DNA from: a bacterium
GTDB taxonomy: Bacteria > Cyanobacteriota > Vampirovibrionia > Gastranaerophilales > JBAXKC01
Assembly (NCBI GenBank): GCA_037137535.1
Contig: JBAXKC010000009.1
Coordinates: 26,871 to 90,870 of the forward strand
Length of the DNA: 64,000 bases
Direction: 5' to 3'
Below, piece after piece: positions 19,625 through 28,850 of the stretch. The translations under genes were made by a program, and so were the position numbers. Under the pieces are notes generated by a model that saw only the letters and a program-made list of their open reading frames with translations, made no database searches and was not told the DNA's origin. Numbering within the stretch: the stretch's first letter is position 1; every line of letters starts with the position of its first letter.

Positions 19625-19718
19625 TTAAATAATTCCTAAAAGCAGTCTAATAAATTTAAGTATTAATCTATTTAATTATTGCTTAAAAATTTTCTTGATT
19701 ATTAATTTTCCAAACTAA

Positions 19719-20110
19719 AATGAGATTCATGCTAGTTTAGAACCAACTAAATTCAAATTACTTCTTTTTAAAGAAAGTCTACTTAATGACGATAGATTCG
19801 GCTTTAATTTCCATTTACATGATAAAAAAAACGTCAACTCGCAAGAGCAGGACTAAAAGTAAATTGTTTAAAAAAAATTTAAAATATAGTTCACTCGATA
19901 ATAGAGAGTGATAAATGTGTTTTTGGAACATGTGAAAAAATATTTAATGCAATTATTGGTAACGGTTATAATTTTAAAGTTAATAATGAAAAACAAACTG
20001 TTTTAAAAATTAATACTGATAGTTTGTTCTCTAATAATAATTTAATGGAAGCAACTATAAAACGTGATAATCAAATTTTAGCCGAAACCTCAATTAAGAA
20101 TACTAGATAA
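19719..20110 (+). pseudogene. Possible decayed gene fragments
   Basis: Two stop-free stretches in different frames (19719-19856 and 19883-20110) lacking a start at their 5' ends, in very AT-rich DNA. Confidence 0.3.
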
Positions 20111-20222
20111 AAAATATGTAAAGTCTACAGCTAATTTTCTAAAAAAGCTTTTAAACCTATGTATGAAAAGCTAAGTTTGTAATTGAGCTAGTATTTTAAC
20201 TTTTAAATCATTGTATTAATAA

Positions 20223-20257
20223 TGAAAAAAACGGCCAACAATTTGACCGTTTTTTCA
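20223..20257 (-). terminator. Terminator of the radical SAM operon
   Basis: Hairpin AAAAAACGGCCAA-loop-TTGACCGTTTTTT just past the stop at 20264. Confidence 0.75.
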
Positions 20258-20263
20258 CATTTA

Positions 20264-21373
20264 TTAACACAAAGCTAATTCTTTCTCTTGAGCCGTCATC
20301 TTTCGCCTTCTTATCAAATCAACAAAAGCCTCGAGTCTTGTTACAAAACCTGCTTTACCCATCTGCTCATCAAGAACTAAGGATAAAATAGGAATATCAC
20401 GCTCACTTCTGACATTTGGCATAATGTTCTGCGACATTATTTCAGGCATGCAGGTAAAAGGTAAAAGGTGAACTACCCCATCCCTGTTGTCTTCAGAAGC
20501 ACTTACCGCATCACCGATAGATTCAATTGAATCACCGCCAATATCTCTTTTCAAAAAGGATTTAGCAAATCTTTCAGCAATTTCGCCATGTGTTTCTTCT
20601 CTTAAAAAAGAAGGGAAGAGAAAAGAATTTATCCATTCACCTAAGTTGACTTTTCTATGGACGTGAACGCCTAATTTCCCGAGTTCTTTTTCTACTTCCA
20701 TATTAGAAAATTGATCAAGAACTACAAAAAATTCACCAGTTAAATCAACATGCAAAACTTCTCTTTTTTCATCAATCGGAGTAGTTTTAATTTCAGCAAG
20801 ACCAAATTCAAGAGCCTTTTTGCACTGTTTATAGGTAAGGGCTTCATCAATTTTCTTCAATGCTCGATTATAACGAATATCGGCCGAACCTGTTTTAATT
20901 TCTCTAGCTCTATAATAAGCCAAAGCTGCATCAAACTTGTCCATAACCTTAACTTTTGTTATAGCAATATTTATTGAGCGAATTAAATCAAATGGATTAC
21001 CATTACCGGTTGCTCTTTTGAATTTGGTAAACATTTCCTTTAATTTACCTTTATACAAATCCAGATTAATGAATTCGACTTCATAACCTAAATCTGTCAA
21101 AGCACTTCTAGCACCATCACTATATTGTCCAAGCCTACATATACCAGGACTGTCAATCATCATAATTGCTTCAGCACCGTTTTCAATAGCTTCAATATAG
21201 TTGCCGAGAACAAGTTTATAAGGCAAGCATATCGCTTCAGGACTATTTCTTGTTCCCAGAGATAGAGTTCTTTTATTTGTATATGGCGGAACTACTAAAT
21301 CTGCGCCCAGTACCCTCATCGCTCCCGAAAGAGCAATATGCAGGTTTCCCATATGAGGAAATGATACTTTCAT
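20264..21373 (-). CDS. 2-hydroxyacyl-CoA dehydratase-like / CoA protein activase-related Fe-S subunit
   Basis: MKVSFPHMG, CLPYK, GICRLG, GEFF, PFTCMPE, DEQxGxAGxxTRLEAF; ATG 21373 behind GAGGT. Confidence 0.8.
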   Translation of the reverse strand: MKVSFPHMGNLHIALSGAMRVLGADLVVPPYTNKRTLSLGTRNSPEAICLPYKLVLGNYIEAIENGAEAIMMIDSPGICRLGQYSDGARSALTDLGYEVEFINLDLYKGKLKEMFTKFKRATGNGNPFDLIRSINIAITKVKVMDKFDAALAYYRAREIKTGSADIRYNRALKKIDEALTYKQCKKALEFGLAEIKTTPIDEKREVLHVDLTGEFFVVLDQFSNMEVEKELGKLGVHVHRKVNLGEWINSFLFPSFLREETHGEIAERFAKSFLKRDIGGDSIESIGDAVSASEDNRDGVVHLLPFTCMPEIMSQNIMPNVRSERDIPILSLVLDEQMGKAGFVTRLEAFVDLIRRRKMTAQEKELALC

Positions 21374-21403
21374 AGTTACCTCGATTGACAAATCATAGCT
21401 AAA

Positions 21404-22459
21404 TTAAACTTTTTCATAATTCTCGCTAAATTCGTTTCCGTGAACATTAAGATCCATGATCTTATCTAGTTTTTCAACAATTGTTGAACGTTTCTTTCTG
21501 TGTAACATATCTGTAAACGCTTCAATTCTTGTTACAAAGCCAGCTTCTCCTGTATGCTCATCAATTGTAAGGTTAAGAAGAGGCTTTTTAAGTCTTTTTG
21601 CATAACGTGTCATACGCTCAACCATTAAGGAATCAGGTCCACAACCAAATGCGGTTATTGTAATAAGACCATCTATATTATTATCTTTTAAGAAATGACC
21701 CGCTGCGCCAGTCATTTCATATTCATTAGCCCAGTATAAATTTGTTTCAAGGTTATTTATACCTGCTGCCATTTGTTCGAGAGTAAGATTTTCAGGAACA
21801 AACGCTTTAACATTATATTGTTTAAGTTTTTCAAGAACTTTCATACTTACCTGTTCGTCATAAAGGTTATAGCCATGAGCTACAATACCGATATTAGTAA
21901 CATAGTCTGTTTCTTCCTGATCAAACTCAACAGTTCCTTCAACAGCACGTTTCATAGCAACTCTAGGATCAACACCGCCTCTGGTCATTAGATTGTAGTT
22001 ATTCATACATTCCCAACCTGCTTTTGATGCTTTTTTGATAAGTTTTTTATCGGTAATTCCAAGAGGAGCAACTGATTCATAAAGATATTGGTATAATCCT
22101 TGATTTTTTTCTGATTTATCAAGAGTAGGCTCAATAAGCATAAAATCTTTTTTAACTACATTTCTGATTAAATCCGGTAATCCTCTGAGTTTGGAACAGT
22201 TATATACTTTTGGTGCTATTGATTGAATACTTGGTGAGTAAATCACGTCAACACCTTTTGATAAAAGATCTAAAACATGTCCTACATATACTTTTACAGG
22301 AAGACAAGTTTCTGAAACGACTAATGCACTACCATTTCCAACCAATTTTTTTGTAGTTTTAGCTGATAATACAACTTCCATTCCAAGTTCATTAAAGAAA
22401 CCGTGCCAAAACGGATAATATGAATAATAGCCTAACGCTCTAGGTATACCAATTTTCAT
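21404..22459 (-). CDS. Acyl-CoA dehydratase activase-related protein (DUF2229-like)
   Basis: MKIGIPRALGYY, ETCLPVKVYVGH, YNCSK, AFGCGPDS, DEHTGEAGFVTRIEAF. Confidence 0.85.
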   Translation of the reverse strand: MKIGIPRALGYYSYYPFWHGFFNELGMEVVLSAKTTKKLVGNGSALVVSETCLPVKVYVGHVLDLLSKGVDVIYSPSIQSIAPKVYNCSKLRGLPDLIRNVVKKDFMLIEPTLDKSEKNQGLYQYLYESVAPLGITDKKLIKKASKAGWECMNNYNLMTRGGVDPRVAMKRAVEGTVEFDQEETDYVTNIGIVAHGYNLYDEQVSMKVLEKLKQYNVKAFVPENLTLEQMAAGINNLETNLYWANEYEMTGAAGHFLKDNNIDGLITITAFGCGPDSLMVERMTRYAKRLKKPLLNLTIDEHTGEAGFVTRIEAFTDMLHRKKRSTIVEKLDKIMDLNVHGNEFSENYEKV

Positions 22460-22482
22460 AGATGTTTACTCCTTCTCAAAGT

Positions 22483-23607
22483 TTAGATTGCTACTGCTGA
22501 TCTTTTTCTTCGTCTTATAAGATCAACGAATGCCTCAAGTCTGGTTACTAGTCCTGCTCTACCGGTTTGTTCATCCATAGAAAGAGAAATAACCGGAATA
22601 CTTTCATTTTTACTTACATGTGGAAGTATATTTTGACTTACTACTTCAGGGTTACAATTGAAAGGACCAATATGAACAACACCGTCAATGCCTATTCTTG
22701 AAGCATGTACCGTATCGCCGATTGATTCTACACAATCACCGCCAATTGCTCTGGTCATATAAGTTCCTGAATATCTCATAGCTTTTTGTCTATGAGATTC
22801 TTTTTTATGTAACCACTTAGGTAGCAAAATGTTATTAGTCCAATCTGAAAGCATTACTTGCCTTTCAACTTCAACTCCGAGATAACCGAGTTCTTTTTCT
22901 ATCTCCATATTTGTAAACGGATCTAAAAGAACAAAGAATTCCCCGGTTAGGTAGACTTTAATAATCTCCCTGTCCTTGTCTATAGGAATCTGTTGAAATG
23001 CTTTAAGTGCTTTTTCTGTAGCTTGTTTAACCGTTCTTACCCTGTTAGCGTTCTCAATTTCTTTTAACGCTCTTTTATAAACTTTTTCAGAATCACCTTG
23101 TTTAATTTCTCTGGGGCGATAATGAAATAAGGCTCTTTCAACTGTATCCATAGCATCAAATTTGCTATGACCAAGCCTAAAGCCTTTAATTGCTTTTATA
23201 AAACTTTTGCAACCTGTTGCATAACTGAATTTTTTAATAATTTCAGAAATTTTACCTTTATAAAGGTTAAATACTACCATTTCGCAGTCATAGCCAAGCT
23301 CTTTAAGCTTAGCATCAGCTAAAGCAGCATAGTTACCTAATCTGCAACTTCCCGGAGCTTCAAACATTATTAAAGTGTTTGCCCCGGATTCAATAGCTTG
23401 AATATAGTTACCTAAGTTTAATTTATATGGTAAACAAACAGTTTCAACGCTGTGTCTTGTTCCAATTGACAATGTTTCTCTATTGTTTGGATCAGACAAT
23501 TGGATTTTAGCACCCATTGTCTGGAACATTGCCACTACGGGAATATGCGCATTTCCCATTCTAGGGAAAGAAACTACTCTTTCTTTTTCTTTAGTATTTT
23601 TACTCAT
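22483..23607 (-). CDS. 2-hydroxyacyl-CoA dehydratase-like Fe-S subunit, paralog of 20264-21373
   Basis: SFPRMG, CLPYK, GSCRLG, TGEFFVLLD, PFNCNPE, TRLEAFVDLIRRRK. Confidence 0.8.
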   Translation of the reverse strand: MSKNTKEKERVVSFPRMGNAHIPVVAMFQTMGAKIQLSDPNNRETLSIGTRHSVETVCLPYKLNLGNYIQAIESGANTLIMFEAPGSCRLGNYAALADAKLKELGYDCEMVVFNLYKGKISEIIKKFSYATGCKSFIKAIKGFRLGHSKFDAMDTVERALFHYRPREIKQGDSEKVYKRALKEIENANRVRTVKQATEKALKAFQQIPIDKDREIIKVYLTGEFFVLLDPFTNMEIEKELGYLGVEVERQVMLSDWTNNILLPKWLHKKESHRQKAMRYSGTYMTRAIGGDCVESIGDTVHASRIGIDGVVHIGPFNCNPEVVSQNILPHVSKNESIPVISLSMDEQTGRAGLVTRLEAFVDLIRRRKRSAVAI

Positions 23608-23609
23608 AG

Positions 23610-23816
23610 TTAATTTGCTCTCAGCTCCAAGTATTCTTTTGGTCCGCCATTTATTGCCTTTTCAGGACAAATTCTCCAACAGGTTTGACAATCTACACAT
23701 TCATTTGCATTAATTTGTAATTTTGCTGATTCCAGAACTGTAATTGCATCTACAGGACATTTGGAGACACATATTTTGCAACTTATGCAAGTATTTTGAT
23801 CTATCTGATGAGGCAT
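23610..23816 (-). CDS. 2x[4Fe-4S] ferredoxin
   Basis: Two CxxCxxCxxxCP motifs; AGGAG RBS. Confidence 0.92.
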   Translation of the reverse strand: MPHQIDQNTCISCKICVSKCPVDAITVLESAKLQINANECVDCQTCWRICPEKAINGGPKEYLELRAN

Positions 23817-23828
23817 TTCTTTAGCTCC

Positions 23829-25406
23829 TTATTTATTTGCAGTTACGGCTTCTTCAGCAATTTTTTGCATAGCTGAAAGGTCTTTTCCGCATGAACATCC
23901 GCCATGGCTTTCACATCCGCCATGAACTCCACCTTGCGGTACTTTACTGCTGCAAAGAATTTGTCTGTCATGATAATATTCGCCAGGTAATGGGAACAGT
24001 GTCATATAATAATCTTTTTGCCAATTATCGTCCATTAATTCTTTAACTTCTGCGGCATATTCGTCAATTTTTTCCATAATATCAGGTTTTGTTAAATAAT
24101 CTGCCGCACCTTCATGGGTTTCATAAGGCTTAAATTTTTCGTAGTAGCCTCTTAATACCCAAGGTCTGTCAACAATCATACAAGGTCTAAGCATATTACC
24201 GTCATAAGGGGCACCTTTTCTTACAGCTTCCATAAACGGAGCAGCAAGAGCTTCTGTAAGGGTAGAGGTTTTAATATTGTGAGTAGCAAGGTGAACAAAG
24301 GTACAAGGCTCAACGTCACCTTTAGCATTAACGTGAATATATTGTCTTCCACCAGCAATACAACCCATCATTTCAGGACCATCGCCCCAGAAATCAACGG
24401 TCATCATAGGAAGCGTATTTCTGGCATTATATACAGCCTGTTTAATATGCTCTCTTTGTTGCGCTGTAGGCATTAAAGTAGGATCAGGATCTTGTCCGAC
24501 AGGGACATAATGGAAGACCCACGTCCATAATGAACCTTTGTCAGATAACATTTTCATAAACTCATCGGATACAACTTCTTCAGCATTATCTTTAGTTGCA
24601 CAAAGGCTTGCACCAAAGAAAACGCCTGCTTCTTTAAGTTTATCCATTTTTTCCATAACTTTATCAAAAGCACCTTCGCCTCTTACAGCATCAGTAGCGT
24701 CTTTTAATCCACTTAAACTAAACATTGGAGCAATATTGCCCATTTTTTTAATTCTTGCAATTGTAGAATCTGTTAATAAAGAACCATTTGTAAATACTAA
24801 GAAAATACAATCCGGATATTGTTCGCAAAGATCAAGAAAATCTTTTCTGATAAACGGCTCACCACCAACAACAGGCATAATGTGCATACCCATTTCGTCT
24901 CTAGCTTCATCAAAAACTCTTTTCCATGTTTCTATAGGCAGATCTTCTTTTTGCTCATAGTTATCAGCCCAACAGCCTGCACATTTGTAATTACAGTTTT
25001 GTGTGATGCTTGATAATAAAACAGTAGGTGGATAAAATCCGTGTTTTTCTACGAAAGATGCTCTTTTTCTCTGATTATCGGCATAATAGCCATGAAAGAA
25101 AAAGTTAATTAAAAATTTATTTCTGCAATTCGGGTCAAGGTCATTAATAACCTTTTGCCACCAGGCTAAATGCGGATGATCTGTTTCAAAAAGCCATCTC
25201 ATTCTTTTTGCATGGCGAACTGATCCTTCAGAGCCTGCAACCATTTCAAACAGCTTAGTTAATAGTATTAAATTATTTTTACTTGAAGTTCCAATTAAAT
25301 TGATTGCTTGCCCGAGAACAAATTCTTGTCCTTTAAGCTTAAGCTGGTCAATATAACCTTTACCGCTTCTCTTCTTCCACATAATATCCTGGGGTAAAAC
25401 TCTCAT
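23829..25406 (-). CDS. Radical SAM protein with SPASM/Twitch-like C-terminal domain
   Basis: CNYKCAGC, GGEP, FTNGS, GCIAGG...GDVEPC...RPC; AGGAG RBS. Confidence 0.92.
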   Translation of the reverse strand: MRVLPQDIMWKKRSGKGYIDQLKLKGQEFVLGQAINLIGTSSKNNLILLTKLFEMVAGSEGSVRHAKRMRWLFETDHPHLAWWQKVINDLDPNCRNKFLINFFFHGYYADNQRKRASFVEKHGFYPPTVLLSSITQNCNYKCAGCWADNYEQKEDLPIETWKRVFDEARDEMGMHIMPVVGGEPFIRKDFLDLCEQYPDCIFLVFTNGSLLTDSTIARIKKMGNIAPMFSLSGLKDATDAVRGEGAFDKVMEKMDKLKEAGVFFGASLCATKDNAEEVVSDEFMKMLSDKGSLWTWVFHYVPVGQDPDPTLMPTAQQREHIKQAVYNARNTLPMMTVDFWGDGPEMMGCIAGGRQYIHVNAKGDVEPCTFVHLATHNIKTSTLTEALAAPFMEAVRKGAPYDGNMLRPCMIVDRPWVLRGYYEKFKPYETHEGAADYLTKPDIMEKIDEYAAEVKELMDDNWQKDYYMTLFPLPGEYYHDRQILCSSKVPQGGVHGGCESHGGCSCGKDLSAMQKIAEEAVTANK

Positions 25407-25761
25407 TATTTTCTCCTTTGAGATTTTGTCAAGTCTTATGACTTAAATTGCAATTATTACATATCATATTTCTTACATAAAAAAACATGAAAATACAGAG
25501 AAATGCTTAAAAACCGGCAAATTGTAAACTAATGTAAAATAAACACTTGTTTCACGATATTGCTAATTATCAAGCACTTTAGTAGATAGAGCTTTATTCT
25601 TATTTAAAATGATTATAAATAGCAAGTCTTTACCGATAACAGAAGTCTTTAAGCATAAATAATTGTATTTTAGCTATATACTGTACAATAATGATTGTTA
25701 ATTTATTTATCATGCTTATTTATTCTTACAAATACGAATGATAAGAAAATAATTTAGGACA

Positions 25762-25798
25762 AAAAAATCCTGATAAAATATATTTATCAGGATTTTTT
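25762..25798 (-). terminator. Terminator after MCP-hemerythrin
   Basis: AAAAAATCCTGATAAA-loop-TTTATCAGGATTTTTT. Confidence 0.75.
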
Positions 25799-25815
25799 AT
25801 TAATTTAAACTGAAT

Positions 25816-26220
25816 TTAAAGTTTATCTTTAAGGAAAGCTCCAAGTTCTTTATCAACTTTAGAAACATGTGTTACTAACCATGTAGCAATGATTTGGTTT
25901 ACCTGAATAATATATTTAATATTTATTCCTTCAGCTTCAATTTTATTTTTAACATCAACAAACTGAGCAATGAAAGCTTCATGTTTTGCTTTATGCTCCG
26001 TATATTTAGGATAATTGTATTTTTGCTGAAGAGCTTCTTCTTGTGAAAAATGGTCAATTACATAATTGCCTAAGAAGTCGATCATATCTTTAATTACTTC
26101 TTTACTTTGTCCTGTATTTGAAGCTTCAGAAAGTTTGTTAACCATGTCAAACAGCTCTTTATGCTGATCGTCAATTGTACCTACACCAACTAATAAATCA
26201 TCTTTCCACTTTAAAAGCAT
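25816..26220 (-). CDS. Bacteriohemerythrin
   Basis: IDDQHKELF, HFSQEE, EHKAKH, WLVTHVSKVD di-iron ligands. Confidence 0.93.
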   Translation of the reverse strand: MLLKWKDDLLVGVGTIDDQHKELFDMVNKLSEASNTGQSKEVIKDMIDFLGNYVIDHFSQEEALQQKYNYPKYTEHKAKHEAFIAQFVDVKNKIEAEGINIKYIIQVNQIIATWLVTHVSKVDKELGAFLKDKL

Positions 26221-26264
26221 TCTTTTCTCCTTTTTGCAAATTTACAAAAGCTATACTACCTAAA

Positions 26265-28070
26265 CTACATCATAAACGACCCTTGCAATAATTTAAGCAT
26301 TATTGCCATATTCGCAAGATTTTGAGCATTTTCGTTTACGTTTTGCATTCCATCCATATGTTCAGAGCAAATACTTGATATTTCTTCCGCTTGAGCGGCT
26401 ATTTCCTCTACAATGGCCATGTTGCTATCCATTTGATCTACGATACTATTTGAATTAGTCGATACTTCTTTTATTTCTTGACTCATAAATTGAAACTGCA
26501 AACTTATAGTTGATGAAGAGTCAAGAATCTCTTTCAAAATAGATTCAATATCTTTTATGACAAAAACTCCTTCTTTTACCATTGAAAGACTCTCTTGCAT
26601 CTCTAAGTTGGCAGAGTTTGCATGATTCTGAATAGACTTAATCATATCTGTAATTTCATTACTGGCGCTAGAGGATTGATCAGCCAGCTTTTTAACTTCT
26701 TGAGCAACAACAGAAAAACCTTTGCCGAATTTACCCGCTCTTGCTGCTTCAATAGAAGCATTTAAGGCTAACAGATTAGTTTGAGTTGCTATAGCTTTAA
26801 TAATTCCGGTTATTTTCTGAATACTTGTGCTTATATCATTCAACTGCTGAATATTTTTGGTAGTGACTGTAACTGCTGATTCTATTTTATTAATAGCAGC
26901 AACTGCAATATTAGATTGATTACTACCACTTCCTGACAAGGTTTCCATTTTTTTAGCCATTTCAACTATAGATTGAGAAGTTTCATATAAATTTTCAATA
27001 GTTTGATTAAGCTTATTTACCGTTTCAAAAGACTGAGTAATATTATAGGCTTGTTCAGTAGCTCCTTGAGCCAGTTGAGCTGTACTTTCCGCAGTTTGTT
27101 CAGCCCCCTGAAGACTTTGATCGGCAAGCTCTGTAAGATTTTCAGAACAAGTTCCAATCTCATCAGCAGATTCAATAAACTGTCCTATTAATTCTCTAAG
27201 ATTCATTACAGTTTTACGATAAGATACCGTAAGAACATTCGTTTCGTCTTCTGAATTAACTTCTTCTTCCTCAGGAAGGATAAAACAACCTTCGGATAAT
27301 TCATTCAAATGGTCATTTACTTTTGATATAGGACTAACTATCCTTTCAGCAAGTTTTGTCGAATAAATAAAAGCAGCTGTAATTGCACCTATAACTAAAA
27401 GTATAACAATCGGCATAAATATATGAAAAATAATATTCGAAAAAACAAAACTAAATCGTTCTTTTTTTATGTTATGTTTATTGATTTGGTCCAACAGATT
27501 AATTTTTTTTGAGCTTAATGGAACTAACTCTTTGAAATAAATTGCTTCCGCTTTATCAAATTCAGATTGTTTTACTAAGTCTATTATCTGAGATTCTTTT
27601 TCAGTCAAGACCATTTCTATTTCTGACAAAGCACTTGTTTTAATTTTTTCATATTTATCAAGCTTAATATTTTGGAAATAAGTATCAACGTTTAAATTTT
27701 GATTATTTAAGTTTTTTATTTCTTTAGAAAGATACTTATTATTATCTTTGGATAATTTAATTAATACTATTAAATCATTAATGGTTTTTTGTTCAATACA
27801 CCTTGCATCATTAATTTTTAATTCTATTGCAGAATAATCTTTATAAAAAGCCTCCATTCCTTCATGGCTGCCTATTGTAGTTAATATACAAATAAAGCTA
27901 ACTGCAACTAAAGTTACTATTAAGGCACCAGATAATAAGTAAATCTTACCTTTTATTGTACGTTTTAACTCATTGATTAGTGGCAATACATCTTTGTGTG
28001 AAAAATTTCTAACTAAAGATATTTTTTCACGAAGAAGGTTAAACAACTTCGTGACATCTTTAAAGTTCAT
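26265..28070 (-). CDS. Methyl-accepting chemotaxis protein
   Basis: Two TM helices flanking a sensor domain; [20 protein letters not shown] signalling hairpin. Confidence 0.93.
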   Translation of the reverse strand: MNFKDVTKLFNLLREKISLVRNFSHKDVLPLINELKRTIKGKIYLLSGALIVTLVAVSFICILTTIGSHEGMEAFYKDYSAIELKINDARCIEQKTINDLIVLIKLSKDNNKYLSKEIKNLNNQNLNVDTYFQNIKLDKYEKIKTSALSEIEMVLTEKESQIIDLVKQSEFDKAEAIYFKELVPLSSKKINLLDQINKHNIKKERFSFVFSNIIFHIFMPIVILLVIGAITAAFIYSTKLAERIVSPISKVNDHLNELSEGCFILPEEEEVNSEDETNVLTVSYRKTVMNLRELIGQFIESADEIGTCSENLTELADQSLQGAEQTAESTAQLAQGATEQAYNITQSFETVNKLNQTIENLYETSQSIVEMAKKMETLSGSGSNQSNIAVAAINKIESAVTVTTKNIQQLNDISTSIQKITGIIKAIATQTNLLALNASIEAARAGKFGKGFSVVAQEVKKLADQSSSASNEITDMIKSIQNHANSANLEMQESLSMVKEGVFVIKDIESILKEILDSSSTISLQFQFMSQEIKEVSTNSNSIVDQMDSNMAIVEEIAAQAEEISSICSEHMDGMQNVNENAQNLANMAIMLKLLQGSFMM

Positions 28071-28313
28071 TTTTACCCACTTTCATTAATTCAAACATCC
28101 TAAATACCGCTATTCATAATAACAGTCCAAACTATTTAACCTCTTGAAACTTTTAAGCTATTCCTCCATTAAACTCACCTAAGTTAGTATTGTTTGTAAT
28201 TGTATCAGATTAATTAGACTATTACAATAGCTTACAACATAGAATTTCAAATAAGAGCTAACTTTATAAATTCAATTACATTTTATCTTATATTTCAGAT
28301 AATGTAAATTTGT

Positions 28314-28850
28314 TTATTTTAGAATACTATATTTACACCCACAATAAGATTGCCTATATAAGTTATTCTCTTTGGAGATAATAAGGCTTTTTTTAAACCC
28401 CTCCTGCTTTTTAAAATTTTCTTCTATAAACGCAATATCATGTTTTTTTGCAAATTCTGAGCCTATTTCATTTATTATTCTTGAGTTTTTATGAGGGCTT
28501 ACGGTTAGAACTGTCGTAAAGGCATCAAATCCGTTACTTTTGGCAAAAATAGCTGCTAGCTCCAGCCTTATCTTAAAGCAGAGAGTACACCTTTCTCCTC
28601 CCTCTTTTTCATTTTTTAAACTTAATGTTAAATCTTCCCATTCTAAAAAATTTGCATCTTGAATATAATAATCTATGTCATTTTTATTCATATATTCTTT
28701 AAATTCATTAAGTCTACGATTATATTCTTCAACAGGAAAAATATTGGGATTATAAAAGTATCCCTTAACTAAAAAGCCCTCATCAGAGAGCTTTTTATAT
28801 GGATATGTAGAGCATGGAGCGCAACAAGAATGAACAAGTATCTTTTTCAT
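28314..28850 (-). CDS. queH: Epoxyqueuosine reductase QueH
   Basis: HSCCAPCS, FYNPNI, EGGERCTLC, YRQSYCGC. Confidence 0.9.
   Translation of the reverse strand: MKKILVHSCCAPCSTYPYKKLSDEGFLVKGYFYNPNIFPVEEYNRRLNEFKEYMNKNDIDYYIQDANFLEWEDLTLSLKNEKEGGERCTLCFKIRLELAAIFAKSNGFDAFTTVLTVSPHKNSRIINEIGSEFAKKHDIAFIEENFKKQEGFKKSLIISKENNLYRQSYCGCKYSILK

Noticed and set aside
25560-25573. FNR-like box TTGCT-N4-ATCAA upstream of the radical SAM operon
   Set aside because: One-mismatch hits are expected by chance in DNA this AT-rich; no supporting promoter identified
25616-25639. Sigma-28-like ACCGATAA; similar weak hits near 2455, 16915 and 48569
   Set aside because: Wrong spacing to a TAAA -35 or degenerate boxes
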